DNA of 63,296 nt, filler included, from Asterionella formosa (GCA_002256025.1; 26 parts of 26 records of this genome joined end to end with filler, not necessarily neighbours in it), one strand, 5' to 3'; counted from the whole stretch's first letter, positions 1 through 11,738 are shown. A program made the numbers and translations. Notes: generated by a model from the sequence alone, not told the origin.

Positions 1-584
1 GGATGGCATCTGAGAATAGTAGTTTGGCCGGGAACATTACTTTCAATTTTAACATGATAATAAAAGTCAATCCTTACAATGGAAACAGGCCCAACACCAT
101 CTTCAAGACTTTTTATTCTTGCTATTTCTATTGCTGAATTCGCAATGCTCTTTACGTAGTTGGCCCCCTTTGGTAAATCAGGATGAACCAATTGAGACAA
201 GGGTGCATCCTTACTCCGTGATACATGCCCAATCTTATTAGGGACACCTGCTATAGTCCATAGACCATTTGACGATGAAGCAGAGAATTGATTTTTAACA
301 GGAAGGGATGGTGAATGGATCTAGGTAGGCGATATTCCCAAATTATCAGGCGACATGCTAGGCAACATCCTTGTATCCGGAATCATTCCTTCGAAATCAA
401 TTTCTGTTGAAATACCCTCAGTTACATTGATGGTATTTTCTCTACTCATCTTCTTTTGTTTGTTTTCTGTATGTAATGTATCACTTGCAAAAACAATTTT
501 TATCGTGCCAAGGAAAACTGCCTTGTTTCATATGACCTTGTTAAAATGTCATGCTTTAATCGATGCAATTGTCCATTGACACGC

Positions 585-1471
585 TTACTGGGTCACTCGT
601 TTCAATTTGTCTTTCAAAAAAGACTCCAAATTTCCACCAAAGAAATTAAGTGGAGATCCGAACTTCCTAATCAGATGAGGGTAACAATGTTTCATTCCAT
701 GAAATTTTGCCATTCGTAAGCCAATTTGAGATATCATTTCCCGTTGTGGACCAAACGTAATCTTAGTAACTGACATAAATCTCTTAACCCTTTCCTCTAA
801 AATGTCAATACATGTTGATGTATACTGCGGTATGAATAAAGTGTCATTGATAGAAATACATAACCATAACAGCAATGTGAAATATTTTTCTAGCTAGGTG
901 CATGTTCTCTGAACCCATCATTCTACCCATTGAAGAAATAGTTAACAGACTTAATCCGGGAATTTCTTGCCCTGACATTTTTGACAAAGCTGTCATGATC
1001 CCAGATCTGTATGACAATTTTGGAATATTTCGATCGCTTTGCCTTTCCAAATGACTATTGATATATCTAGCACTTTGTTCGAAGTATAGTTTCGAAAATA
1101 CATGCACTTTTGGTGCTGGTACAAGTGTTGGGTCTTGATTTTTGCCAATGTAGATATTTTTGATAACTGGTGCGTGTGTCCTTTTTGGTCTTTGCCCGTT
1201 TCTTCGGTTGCTCTTGATCAAGAAAAGCAGATTCTGTTGTTTAAGTGATACGTTTCTGATCAGAGATGTTCTCTGGAATATCTGGAGATTTTCTTTCTTT
1301 AAAAAACATGTCCATTCTTCAGGGATAGTCCGATAATTGTACAATGATTCCAAAATGTACTTAAATATTCCAAGTAGTAATTGATGAAGAACCTCAAATG
1401 GAGTTGCACCAAATAATACTTCTAAGTCACCACCAAAAAAATGATTTATTAGTGCAGGCATAATAGGATTA
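585..1471 (-). pseudogene. Plavaka-like DNA transposase fragment, frameshifted (central/C-terminal part)
   Basis: Motifs FGATPFEVLHQLLLGIFKY, RQSDRNIP, KFHGMKH..HLIRKFGSPLNFFGG..ESFLK split over two frames (844-1461, 585-875). Confidence 0.6.
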
Positions 1472-1571
1472 NNNNNNNNNNNNNNNNNNNNNNNNNNNNN
1501 NNNNNNNNNNNNNNNTTAATTAATTAANNNNNNNNNNNNNNNNNNNNNNNNNNNNNNNNNNNNNNNNNNNN
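1472..1571. other. Artificial contig-joining spacer (N44-TTAATTAATTAA-N44), first of 25 such spacers
   Basis: Identical 100-nt N/TTAATTAATTAA/N block recurs between all contigs and gives stops in all six frames; contig lengths fall from about 1471 to 1464 bp. Confidence 0.98.
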
Positions 1572-1572
1572 C

Positions 1573-3042
1573 ATCAGCGGACCCTACGCGAAATCCGCTG
1601 TTGGCAATCAGTACTGGGTCATGGCAGTGGACGACTACACAAGAAAGCGCTGGAGCTATTTCATTAAAAAGAAGAGCGATATCGGAACAGTCATTGAAAT
1701 TTTACTATCAAGTTTAGCCGGAGCCGGTCACAAGACAAAGTATGTCCGTTGCGATGACGCAGGCGAGAATACTAAACAATTGAGAAAGGTATGTGAAAAT
1801 CGCGGTATAAAAATGGAATTCACTGCCCCGCACACTCCACAACACAATGGTGTAGTGGAACGCGGTTTTGTCATTGTGCGACAGAGGGCACTAGCAATGA
1901 TGCTAAGTGCGAAACTAACAGATGAGTACCAAGGGCTATTATGGGCAGAGGCGGTACATACAGCTACACGTTTAACAAATAGTACAGTTAACTCAGTAAC
2001 TAAAAGAAGTCCCGACGACATGTTCTACGGCGAAATGAATCCAAGAAGGCCCTACAAGTTATACAAGCAATTTGGGCGCGTAGGATGGGTTACTGCAAGA
2101 CACAGCATTAAGAAATTAGACGCACGTTCTTTCAAGTGTGTCTTTTTGGGTTATTCGGAGGACCACTCCCTAGATACGTATCGTATGTTTAATCATGAGA
2201 CTAACACTGTAATCAATACACGCAATGTTAAGTGGAGTGAGTGGCATGGAACAAACGCACCTATGGACGGACTAGGAAAAATCTACAAGGACAATGCTAA
2301 AGAGAAAGTAACAGTTCAACCAGAAGCTGAAGTCAATAATGATGGATTAGATGATGATTTCTACAATGAAGATTTACTACCAGAAGTTTCAGACAACAAG
2401 GAAGATGACGACGACAACGATAAATCAACCGCAGACACTGAAAAAGGAAAATCTACCTCAAGGAGTGATGAAATTTCTGACCTAGAAAAGAGAAATGTTT
2501 TGAAGCAACAGGCAAAGTTGGAACGAGAAATGAAGAAGTTGGACTCATCGTACAATCCAACTAAAAATGTTAAATTTCCTCCAGACACTTCACTACCAAA
2601 TGTGATTGAGGAGGAAGCTTCTTTGAATAAGGAAACTGAAGTAAATTTCGTATTCAATGCAAGTCTTGCATCGGACCCAGGTTTACCAAATAGTTATGAT
2701 GAGGCAATGGTAAGACCTGATCGCAAAGAGTGGATGAAAGCTATAAAGAAAGAATTTGAAAACTTCAAAGCAAGAGGAGTATGGAAAATAGTTAAGAGAA
2801 ACAATGACGTGAACAAGAGAGCTCTTAAGACAAGATGGGTCTTCTGTATTAAGGAGGACGTGATAACTGGAAAGACAGTATACAAGGCACGGTTGGTTGT
2901 AAAGGGATATGAACAGATCCCGGGAGTTGATTTTACTGAAACATTCGCTCCTGTTGCAAGTGATGCTACAATAAAAACTGTTCTGGCTGTTACTTTGTAC
3001 TACGGTTGGATAGCGGAAGCAATTGACGTTGAAGCAGCGTTT
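1573..3042 (+). mobile_element. Ty1/Copia pol fragment: integrase core followed by RT N-terminus, open across the contig
   Basis: AVDDYTR / VRCDDAGEN / TPQHNGVVER (D,D,E); KCVFLGYS; KARLVVKGYEQIPGVDFTETFAPVA; IN-before-RT order. Confidence 0.95.
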
Positions 3043-3203
3043 NNNNNNNNNNNNNNNNNNNNNNNNNNNNNNNNNNNNNNNNNNNNTTAATTAATTAANN
3101 NNNNNNNNNNNNNNNNNNNNNNNNNNNNNNNNNNNNNNNNNNGAACCGTTGAATACATTGCCATGTTCGTTTTGTTCTAATTCGACTCTTTTTGAATTCA
3201 AAG

Positions 3204-3398
3204 TGATGTATCTAACTAGAAGTAGTAGTATTTGTTGAATATATGAGCTTATTTATTAATCCTTATGTACAACTCATTTCCTGAAGTGACATCAAAGTAT
3301 AGAATGGGTGTTAGTCGAGTTCTCTCATTATTGAATTCCGATATATTTGACATAACCCTAACTCTATATATATCTGTATCGATGTGTAGGATTGCTCA
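3204..3398 (-). mobile_element. 5' LTR (195 bp, TG...CA) of the Gypsy family seen at 58703-59950
   Basis: Reverse complement matches 59755-59950 with 6 substitutions and 1 indel; followed on the minus strand by a putative PBS and an ATG at 3164. Confidence 0.9.
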
Positions 3399-3539
3399 CC
3401 AGGTACCCGGTACCTGGTACCTGCAAGTTGGGGTCATTTTGCCGAAAATGGAAGTTGGCGCCGGCAAGCACTTATACTCGACTCGCCGCTATTATTACTT
3501 AGACATTTAGAAATCTTTAACGGTTTCGCGCTAAATTAC

Positions 3540-3680
3540 ATTATTATCAAAAAAATTTTAATGAATAATTTTCTGAAGAAACTAGTTTCCGATCCTTGCT
3601 ACAATTAGGGGGTTTTGGATTGGGGGGTTTTCCCCCCAATCGCAATTTTGAGTTTCAAGACTCTTTATTCCAGAAATCTC
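3540..3680 (+). repeat. Dispersed repeat with GC hairpin, second diverged copy at about 56875-57005 (minus)
   Basis: GATTGGGGGG-TTTT-CCCCCCAATC (3618-3641) plus flank ..TTATTCCAGAAAT is homologous to the reverse complement of the 56875-56940 region. Confidence 0.7.
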
Positions 3681-4713
3681 GGTCTGAATGTACAGAATAG
3701 CAAACAGTGGGCGGTTGTGGTAAATATGGGTATGCATCATACACCACAGGAGGACGACATAGTAGACTACATCCATCTTGCATCCATGCATGCATACCGG
3801 TATCAAATAACAATTCATAATTGTATCAGCCTACCGGGTACCACCTTGGTACAATTGACTTCATGTCAGTATATGTTTGTTAGTAAATAGCTACCGTGGA
3901 CAAGCATGTATGTTCTTGGAACATGATCTTTGCCGGTTTGGTACCGGTAACATGATGACAATGATGATACGCCTATTGTAAACAGATAAATCACGAATTA
4001 TAAACCAATTGTTGTTTTCAGCTTCTAATATTATAGAATATATCTACTTGATGTACAACGGTCATGTGCGAACTACTCAGAAATCATGGAGATATTGTCG
4101 TTGCAGTTGAACGCCATGTTGCTTCCGCCGATTTTCAATTTTAGCTATTTTACAATGAATATCAAAGCTACGTGTTCGTTTCTTTCACTACCTGCTAGCG
4201 ACACGTGTATTCATCTAAGAAACTAATAATAACGCGAAAATTTATAATCATTTAATCATGGTAATGGAAAATTTCTCATGTTCGTTCGATTCATGAGCGA
4301 TTGTATAATTCTTATACCTGGTATGTACCGGTAGTCAGAGAGCATAAATGCCGGTATTATACATATAACCGAATGTGCATGTACCGCTATATGTTTTCCC
4401 AGACAAGTGCACTCATTGGTGTCTGTGAATAAATTTTCCATTAGATCTAACGTTTTACTAAGAATTTTGATATATCAACCGCCGCGTCTGTATGATCAAT
4501 CAAATTTGTACGTGAGGTTACTAGCATGCACATGTTAGGGTATGCATAAATAATATCTCTTATTTATCAGTTACCAAATCTAATCGGTTAATCAAAATTG
4601 TTGATAGTTGATNNNNNNNNNNNNNNNNNNNNNNNNNNNNNNNNNNNNNNNNNNNNTTAATTAATTAANNNNNNNNNNNNNNNNNNNNNNNNNNNNNNNN
4701 NNNNNNNNNNNNA

Positions 4714-5919
4714 ACTATACAGACACTTCCCACCTGTCGATCCTTAATGAATGCACCTAATTCTCCAGTAGCTGACGGATCGTTCTTGACAAATAGAGAT
4801 TCTACTCCAAATGTGTGGACCCTTCGAGCAGATGGCTCAAGGCAATTAAGTCTACCCTTTACATGTCATTTACATCGATATACGGCGTCAGAAGCACGCC
4901 AGTGTTTGTCCAAGAAACATGTATCCTTCATTGGAGATTCATTGACTAGATATCAATTCATCAGTTTGGCATATTTCATTGAAAAAGGAAAATATCCACC
5001 AAGATTTGGGAAAGAAAAAAATTGTACTCATTTCTATGAACAAGGGGAAGCTACATGTTCTCCAACTACAGAACCGAATGTGTGTATGGAAGGAGATTGG
5101 AAAGATTTTCAAGTATACCATCGTGATTTGGGTGGTGGTATTGATGGTGGAACATTTAATGGCAGGTTTCAATGTTTATGTGCCAGAAAGGAAGACGACC
5201 CAACCGTAGATCCTGTTTATGTCCCTGTTGAGAATTTTTTGTATGTATCGGATGATGCTGGTGTTCCTGACGGAGGAAAAGTCATATTGAGTTTTATTTC
5301 TGAACGTGGATGGGGATCAAATCCCTATCCTGTTCGGGGATGGAATTTTACTGATTGTGCATATAAAGGGACATGTCGAATGACCGAGGAGGATAATGAG
5401 CATCTCATTGTCCGTCAGCGTGCTGAAGACTTAGATTGGAGTGCACCATTGTATCAGGCATTGAATGAAAACAGTTCTGCTAGTTCGCTACACCATATTC
5501 TTCCAGACGTGGACATAGTCATGTACAATCGAGGCCTGTGGGGCATGTTGACTGAAGACCAAGTCGACACTATCATGCCGCTTTTGCATCACTTTGCAGG
5601 TGGTGAACGTGGACGTTGTTTCTTCAAAACTACTAAAGCCAGCCCTCATGGTAAACGAGATTTCGGGGAGGAGGAGTTGAAAACGATTAGGGATGCAACC
5701 ATCAAGTTGGGGTGTGGAATCTTTGATGCATCACATCTGACCATGGCATTCTATGGTCTTCCTCAAATGCATCCTCAACCACCAAAGCAGGAAAATGGCA
5801 AACTGTGGAATTATCGAGAATGGAGTAGTGTCTTTTGGGATGCTAAGCATTTCACTCCATGGGTTTATGAGGAATTGAACAATATGTTTTTGAATGTTTT
5901 GTGCAATGCTAAGAACTAG
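4714..5919 (+). CDS. SGNH/TBL (PC-esterase)-like acyl-esterase/acyltransferase domain protein, 5'-partial
   Basis: CLSKKHVSFIGDSLTRYQF (GDS motif) and C-terminal WDAKHF (DxxH); frame open from the contig start. Confidence 0.65.
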   Translation, partial: TIQTLPTCRSLMNAPNSPVADGSFLTNRDSTPNVWTLRADGSRQLSLPFTCHLHRYTASEARQCLSKKHVSFIGDSLTRYQFISLAYFIEKGKYPPRFGKEKNCTHFYEQGEATCSPTTEPNVCMEGDWKDFQVYHRDLGGGIDGGTFNGRFQCLCARKEDDPTVDPVYVPVENFLYVSDDAGVPDGGKVILSFISERGWGSNPYPVRGWNFTDCAYKGTCRMTEEDNEHLIVRQRAEDLDWSAPLYQALNENSSASSLHHILPDVDIVMYNRGLWGMLTEDQVDTIMPLLHHFAGGERGRCFFKTTKASPHGKRDFGEEELKTIRDATIKLGCGIFDASHLTMAFYGLPQMHPQPPKQENGKLWNYREWSSVFWDAKHFTPWVYEELNNMFLNVLCNAKN

Positions 5920-6282
5920 TACTATTATAACTAACATGGTGTGCAAGTGTGGTTCAATGTCCTCTAGTTAAAGAATCCATTCGTTGCGTCATCGGCACAA
6001 AGCATTTGGTTCTAAAAACTATTTGCATTTTAATGCACAGTAAATTCTTGGATCATAGTTTTGATGACATTAGTATCTGCCTCAGTTAGCTCAAGTGATG
6101 TGTTTGTGGTATGCCCCATATGTTGAACAACATCCCAAACATCTCTCCTCCATCCATCAAGTTGTACTTCATCATTTTCTTGNNNNNNNNNNNNNNNNNN
6201 NNNNNNNNNNNNNNNNNNNNNNNNNNTTAATTAATTAANNNNNNNNNNNNNNNNNNNNNNNNNNNNNNNNNNNNNNNNNNNN

Positions 6283-7494
6283 GATGAGTTTCAATCACTC
6301 CACTAGTTGTCAGCTTACTAGGAATGTGCCAAAATGTTTGCTCTTTGTCAAACTGATGAGCTTCGACACTAATTACAGTGGGTTCGCCTAACCACGGAGC
6401 TGCTTGGCTGATGTGGGCAATAGAAATAACTGAACCACGTGGTATGTTTCGATTAAAAGTGAGAGGAAGGTCAGGATAGCGACGAAGATATTTGGCAATT
6501 GGAAGGAGTCCCTCAAAGTGTAACATGCCAGGAGCATTTTGATATTGAGCAAGATGTTGAACTGCAGTTTGAATATCCAATCTAGTCCATTGACAGAGAT
6601 GTTGAAGCTGCCCCAACAGTGTGCGATATTCAGATCCATATCTTTTGATGGCTGTTTTCATCTCGAAGCTGGAATATGGTACACAACTTGCCAAGGCTTC
6701 CTCGTGCTGTATTCCAGCAAGCATAGGGACTATATTTGCAATGGAGAATGCTTCCTTATTCCATGTGGTACCGTAGACATATGTTAATATCTCTGAAACC
6801 ATATGGGTTTGATCAATAGTCATACAATTGGGGCTAAAGAGGAACCGAAGGCCAAAAAATGTGAGACAATTCCCAAGTTATGAACCTTCCAGTGAGATTC
6901 TAAGGTGGCAACAATGTGCTTGTACGTAGTGACAGAATGTGTTCCAATGAGGATATCATCAGTAGCTCTGGCTATAATGACATGGTGAGTATTAATAATT
7001 CCTTGATAAATGCATTGATCTGCTCGATTCATTACTAGTCCAAGTTCCCCACATATGACTTTGTCAATATGGTCTCCCCATTCACGGGATGCATCTTTGC
7101 GACCTTGAACATGTGCAAACATTTCGACTCCAAGAGTTTTCCATGGATATTTGTTACTATCCGGGAGTGTTTTAGTCATTGACGCATATTCAGTAGGGAA
7201 TCTAGTTTAAAACCATAGGATGTACTCAGGAAACATTCTGAGCCAAATGCGATTGCCAGCTTCATTGGGAGGTGCTGGGGTATTTTTAAATGAATTGCTA
7301 ATATCAAGATGGTAGAAATCATAATGCAGATATATAACAATGGCGAGAAAAACTTTGATAGACATAGCCAAGATGGTTGGTGCAAAAGATTCAGTGTAAT
7401 CTACTCCTTTGATTTGGAAACTGCCATTCACGCAGAGGCGAACTTTGCGATCATTGATTTGTTTTGCAGTATTAAGGACATGTTTGAGGACCAC
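6283..7494 (-). pseudogene. Degenerate Ty1/Copia reverse transcriptase, frameshifted
   Basis: RKVRLCVNGSFQIKGVDYTESFAP, HLDISNSF, ATDDILIG, YRTLLGQLQHL..WTRLDI in three frames. Confidence 0.85.
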
Positions 7495-7752
7495 ATCAAA
7501 GCCGTGTATTACGTGAACTGACCATCACATAAATAAGACTAGTTGATTTTGAATGCATCACATATTTTAGTTGAATACATCAAAATACGTAGTTGAAAAT
7601 ATCTATATATTATCTGAATACATCACGTTAAATATTTGATCAAAGTATCATGCATGCATTCCTGATCATCACTATATTATGTGATCACCTTCACATAATT
7701 ATTTGAAATACTTCACATAATTATTTGAAATACTTCACATAATTATTTGAAA
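7493..7752 (+). mobile_element. End of an unclassified AT-rich element with a 22-bp subterminal tandem array, abutting Copia RT
   Basis: Homologous to the reverse complement of 61833-62178; unit TACTTCACATAATTATTTGAAA about 3 copies. Confidence 0.75.
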
Positions 7753-7854
7753 NNNNNNNNNNNNNNNNNNNNNNNNNNNNNNNNNNNNNNNNNNNNTTAA
7801 TTAATTAANNNNNNNNNNNNNNNNNNNNNNNNNNNNNNNNNNNNNNNNNNNNAA

Positions 7855-8733
7855 GACGACGAGAATGAAGATGACACTGGTGCTGATGAGTTTGCCAGTG
7901 ACGATGAGGACAGTAGGATGGGTGTCTCAGGTGTTTCTCAGATTGGTGTTTCTGGAGTTACTCAGTCCCCATCAAGGAACAACAACGATTTTTCACGTGC
8001 TCCTACTAGTTCAGTTGCAAGAACGGCAACTGCCAGGCGACCACCAACATTTCCAAGAGCTCGCCAAAGCATGCAGAGTCGGGGTCAACAGTTCAGGATC
8101 AATGAGATTCTCTCATTGCTGGAAACCATTTCTACTCACCTGCCAATTGGGTCCCATGAATGGGAAGTTGTTGCATCACAGCACAACGAGAATTTCCCAG
8201 ACAAAGAACAGACAGGACCTTCACTTCGCCGAAAGTTTTCACAACTGCACAAAGTTAAGAAACCAACTGGGGACCCAAAATGCCCTGCTGAGGTGAGATA
8301 TGCCAAACAAATTTTTCGAAGAATCGAGCAACGAGCAGATGCAAGTGCTGAGATTGAATCCACTGATCTTGGAATAGAGAGAGAGAGCCCAGCCAATGAG
8401 CCCAATATTGATGAGCCAAATGGTGTTGATGATGATTTTATAGCGATTTCTGGGGAGAGTGAAGACAATGGTGGAGCAACATCTGCCGCTTATGCAAATT
8501 TTTCTGGTTCAAGATTTCCTCGACCTATGGTGTCCCCTCGATTTAGAGATAAGGCAGTGTCAAGCAATACTGGGCCTGTTGAAAAAGTTCTTTCTCTTCT
8601 TTCTACACAGTTGCTGCACAAGGCTACTCGAACTGATACTGATAACCTGCAGCAGCAGCAACAACTGCAGCAACAGAACATGATGAACATGATGATGATG
8701 TCAATCATGGCATCATTGTTGAATCAGCATGGG
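7855..8733 (+). mobile_element. PIF/Harbinger ORF1 (Myb/SANT-like DNA-binding protein), truncated
   Basis: LPIGSHEWEVVASQHNENFP..SLRRKFSQLHKVKKPTGDPKCPAEVRYAK; convergent with a DDE transposase. Confidence 0.75.
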
Positions 8734-9322
8734 GTATCATTTGGAGAATTAATTTTCTCTCACCTTTTTCTTCATAACGAAATTTGTCTTTGATTCTCGG
8801 AAATGATCCCTGAAGGCATCGCATTCCCCATTCCGACAGCTGTTGGATGGAGGTGGCTTGGCGATTCATACCAAATCTTTGTCGAGGATTACCATTTGCA
8901 TCAACATTAGTTTGATGCGATTTCAACATTGCATTTGATTTTTTAGATACAAATGCTGAATCCACAACTACTTTTTTGCCTGTATCCCTGTAAACTGTTT
9001 CAATCTGATCATAGATCGATGACCAAATTGCCATGGTGGAGTCATGTAGAACACCAGGTGCATTGAAATATGAGCAGCGAATTTTTCCATCAGGCGAAAA
9101 AAGAAACAAGTTTGTCACACTGTGTTCATGGGTCCATCCATTGTAGAAGTTGTTCTGCTGTGTTTCATTTCCAGCCCGTTGCAGGGTCACTTTCAGACCA
9201 TCCATTGCTCCCCAACAATTTGTTATAAGTGGGTATTTCTGATTGATCATGGTTGCAAACAAGGTGGCTTCGTCTGCAGTAGGCAGTCTCACAACGGCAT
9301 CTTCATGTGTCAGCAGTACTTT
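8730..9322 (-). mobile_element. PIF/Harbinger DDE transposase (DDE_Tnp_4-like), partial
   Basis: WGAMDGLK, YNGWTHEH, APGVLHDS, VVVDSAF, QQLSEWGMRCLQGSFPRIK. Confidence 0.9.
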
Positions 9323-9807
9323 NNNNNNNNNNNNNNNNNNNNNNNNNNNNNNNNNNNNNNNNNNNNTTAATTAATTAANNNNNNNNNNNNNNNNNNNNNN
9401 NNNNNNNNNNNNNNNNNNNNNNAGATAAAATGGGAGCAAACTAACAGAATTAATGGTAGTCAGAGTGAAGAATATTTGTGAACGGAAATGTTGCGAATTG
9501 TCGAGAAAAGTACCGTATTATAGAGATTATTACTGAACAAATTTTTCTTCGTGTCGCCAGAAAATATTGTCAGTTGGCCCCAAAAATTATGTGGGTTTCT
9601 AAAATAATTATGGAAGTTGTCGAAACTATTTAAGTTCACTCCGTCCATATATATTGTATGATGCATCATATTTTTTTGTGATGTCATACCCTTAAATTAT
9701 GTACGTAGCTAAATTCGTCATATTGGGCCACCCAAATAATTAATTTGGGTGATCATATTTGACTAGCGTTTTTTTTGTGGCGGCTGTACCAGTAATCGGC
9801 GTTGTAG

Positions 9808-10533
9808 ATGTATAATGATGATGAGGATGACGACTGCATCATTCTAGCATTTCCCGAAGATGAATACTGGGACCAAGTTGGAATTGATGCTGAATACGCA
9901 AAAAAATATGATGTCCTCACTTCCAAAGACTTTTCATTGGTAATGGGATACATTAATCATCATTATCAAGTTGCCTATCGAAAAAACAAACAATCAGGCA
10001 ATCATGATGATTTTGTCAAATTTGTTGGGTTACGTCATTTCCTATATTACTACCATCTTTGGTTGTGTCAAGTTCCACATCTATTGAATTTTGCTGTACC
10101 ACTGTTACCAAAATATGCCTTCCGTGAGAGTATAGACATTGACAATACTGCCACCACATTGTCATCAAAATCAAAATCTTCAAGCAATTTCAGTGTTAGA
10201 AAGAAGGGAAGACATGCAATCTTGACGCAAAAACCTACATCATCTTCTCAAAATCTTGCAATTGCATTGGAATCATTTGAGAAGTCAAATGTTGCAAAAC
10301 TCAGACTGCTAGAGTCTACAACTGCACCACGCAGAGAAAATGATCTACTGGATGTCTTGGATAAGTATAAGGTCCGACTAAGAGTTGCGCGGGAGGAACT
10401 GGAAGAACTCGAAAATAAAGATTATGACTCTTCAAGTTCTGACATTGTCCAAGCTCGTTTAGAAATTGCATTGTGTAAAAGAAAGCGTGATCAGGTCTTT
10501 AATCTCTTTTCTCAAGGTGACACATTGAAATGA
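9808..10533 (+). CDS. Probable Harbinger-associated accessory protein
   Basis: 241-aa ORF (QSGNHDDFVKF..YYYHLW, coiled-coil tail) convergent with a transposase remnant. Confidence 0.45.
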   Translation: MYNDDEDDDCIILAFPEDEYWDQVGIDAEYAKKYDVLTSKDFSLVMGYINHHYQVAYRKNKQSGNHDDFVKFVGLRHFLYYYHLWLCQVPHLLNFAVPLLPKYAFRESIDIDNTATTLSSKSKSSSNFSVRKKGRHAILTQKPTSSSQNLAIALESFEKSNVAKLRLLESTTAPRRENDLLDVLDKYKVRLRVAREELEELENKDYDSSSSDIVQARLEIALCKRKRDQVFNLFSQGDTLK

Positions 10534-10559
10534 TTATTTTTTTTCAACAATCAATTATA

Positions 10560-10890
10560 ATCTACATTAAATTTAATTCATGTAATTCCAACCTTTTTCT
10601 TTCAATATTACCTGGAGGTCTTTGCAAACCCATGTTAGCAATTCTTTCAGAAGTACCAGGCATTACATCCAATTTCTCAACGCTCGAAGGGACATTCTAT
10701 AAGTCTTTTCAAATGCGTCCTCATGACACAGCTTCTTGACATGAGAATGCCATGACATTCTCTCATGCTCCCATTTCGCCTTCCTCTTTTTAACTTTCGT
10801 TTCAGCCTCCAGAGCCAGATGACAAAGGATAAAGAATTGATCATGGTCATCGTAATCAAAGAATTGATGGTTGTTTTCATTATCAAAAAA
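10560..10890 (-). pseudogene. Internally deleted Harbinger-type transposase remnant
   Basis: Manual translation KWEHERMSWHSHVKKLCHEDAFEKTYRMS (N-terminal-like) joined almost directly to IANMGLQRPPGN (C-terminal-like). Confidence 0.5.
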
Positions 10891-10992
10891 TTNNNNNNNN
10901 NNNNNNNNNNNNNNNNNNNNNNNNNNNNNNNNNNNNTTAATTAATTAANNNNNNNNNNNNNNNNNNNNNNNNNNNNNNNNNNNNNNNNNNNN

Positions 10993-11630
10993 TGCATTTT
11001 TGTCAAGAAACTTGTTTAAAAACATTTTAACATCTGACACTTTACGACGTTCACATCCAATATCAGGATTATCAGCATCCTCAGTTGAAACCAGGCAATC
11101 ATGACAAACATATCTTCGATATAATCCATTACCACCCCTGAAGCCACAAATTTTATTGTGTTCTTCTGTATCACCAATGATCATTCCAACTTGGAAATAA
11201 ACTTTTGTCATACCAAGACCATGAACCCAAATATCGTATGACTTGTTTGGATCTTCGAAAGGCGACAATAGAAATCCTGTAACAGAATGATATAATTTGA
11301 GTCTACATAAGGACAAGTCGTCACCAGATAACTTATTATTCATTTGTTTTTCCTAGATCACTGACTTCAATGTCTGGCAAAAAAGATACTAATTGCCATC
11401 CATCAACTTTTTTTCTTCCTTCTAACGTTAAGTTTAACATTGTCAGCAAAAACGGATGCTCGGAATGTTTCATTTATTTATCAATAGGTGAACCATCCCA
11501 TCACTGAAAACTGCTAGGGCAACAAATAAACACCCTGTCTTCAACACTCCATTTTCTGATGCAGGAGAATTGTTGAATGCATTTTCAAACCAAGTCGCAG
11601 AAGTACAGCAAACATATTTGATAAGAATAT
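10993..11630 (-). pseudogene. Plavaka-like transposase fragment (N-terminal catalytic part), disrupted
   Basis: ALAVFSDG/SPIDK*..SEHPFLLTMLNL..GWQLVSFLPD; LYHSVTGFLLSP; MIIGDTEEHNKICG..CHDC; frameshifts and a stop. Confidence 0.6.
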
Positions 11631-11738
11631 AATCCCCGACTCAAAACATCATGCTTTCGGAGCATCTCCCTGCAAGAACTTACCTAAGATTCCTTTAAAT
11701 TGATTATTCAATACATTCTGAAATTTTCTCAACTTCAT

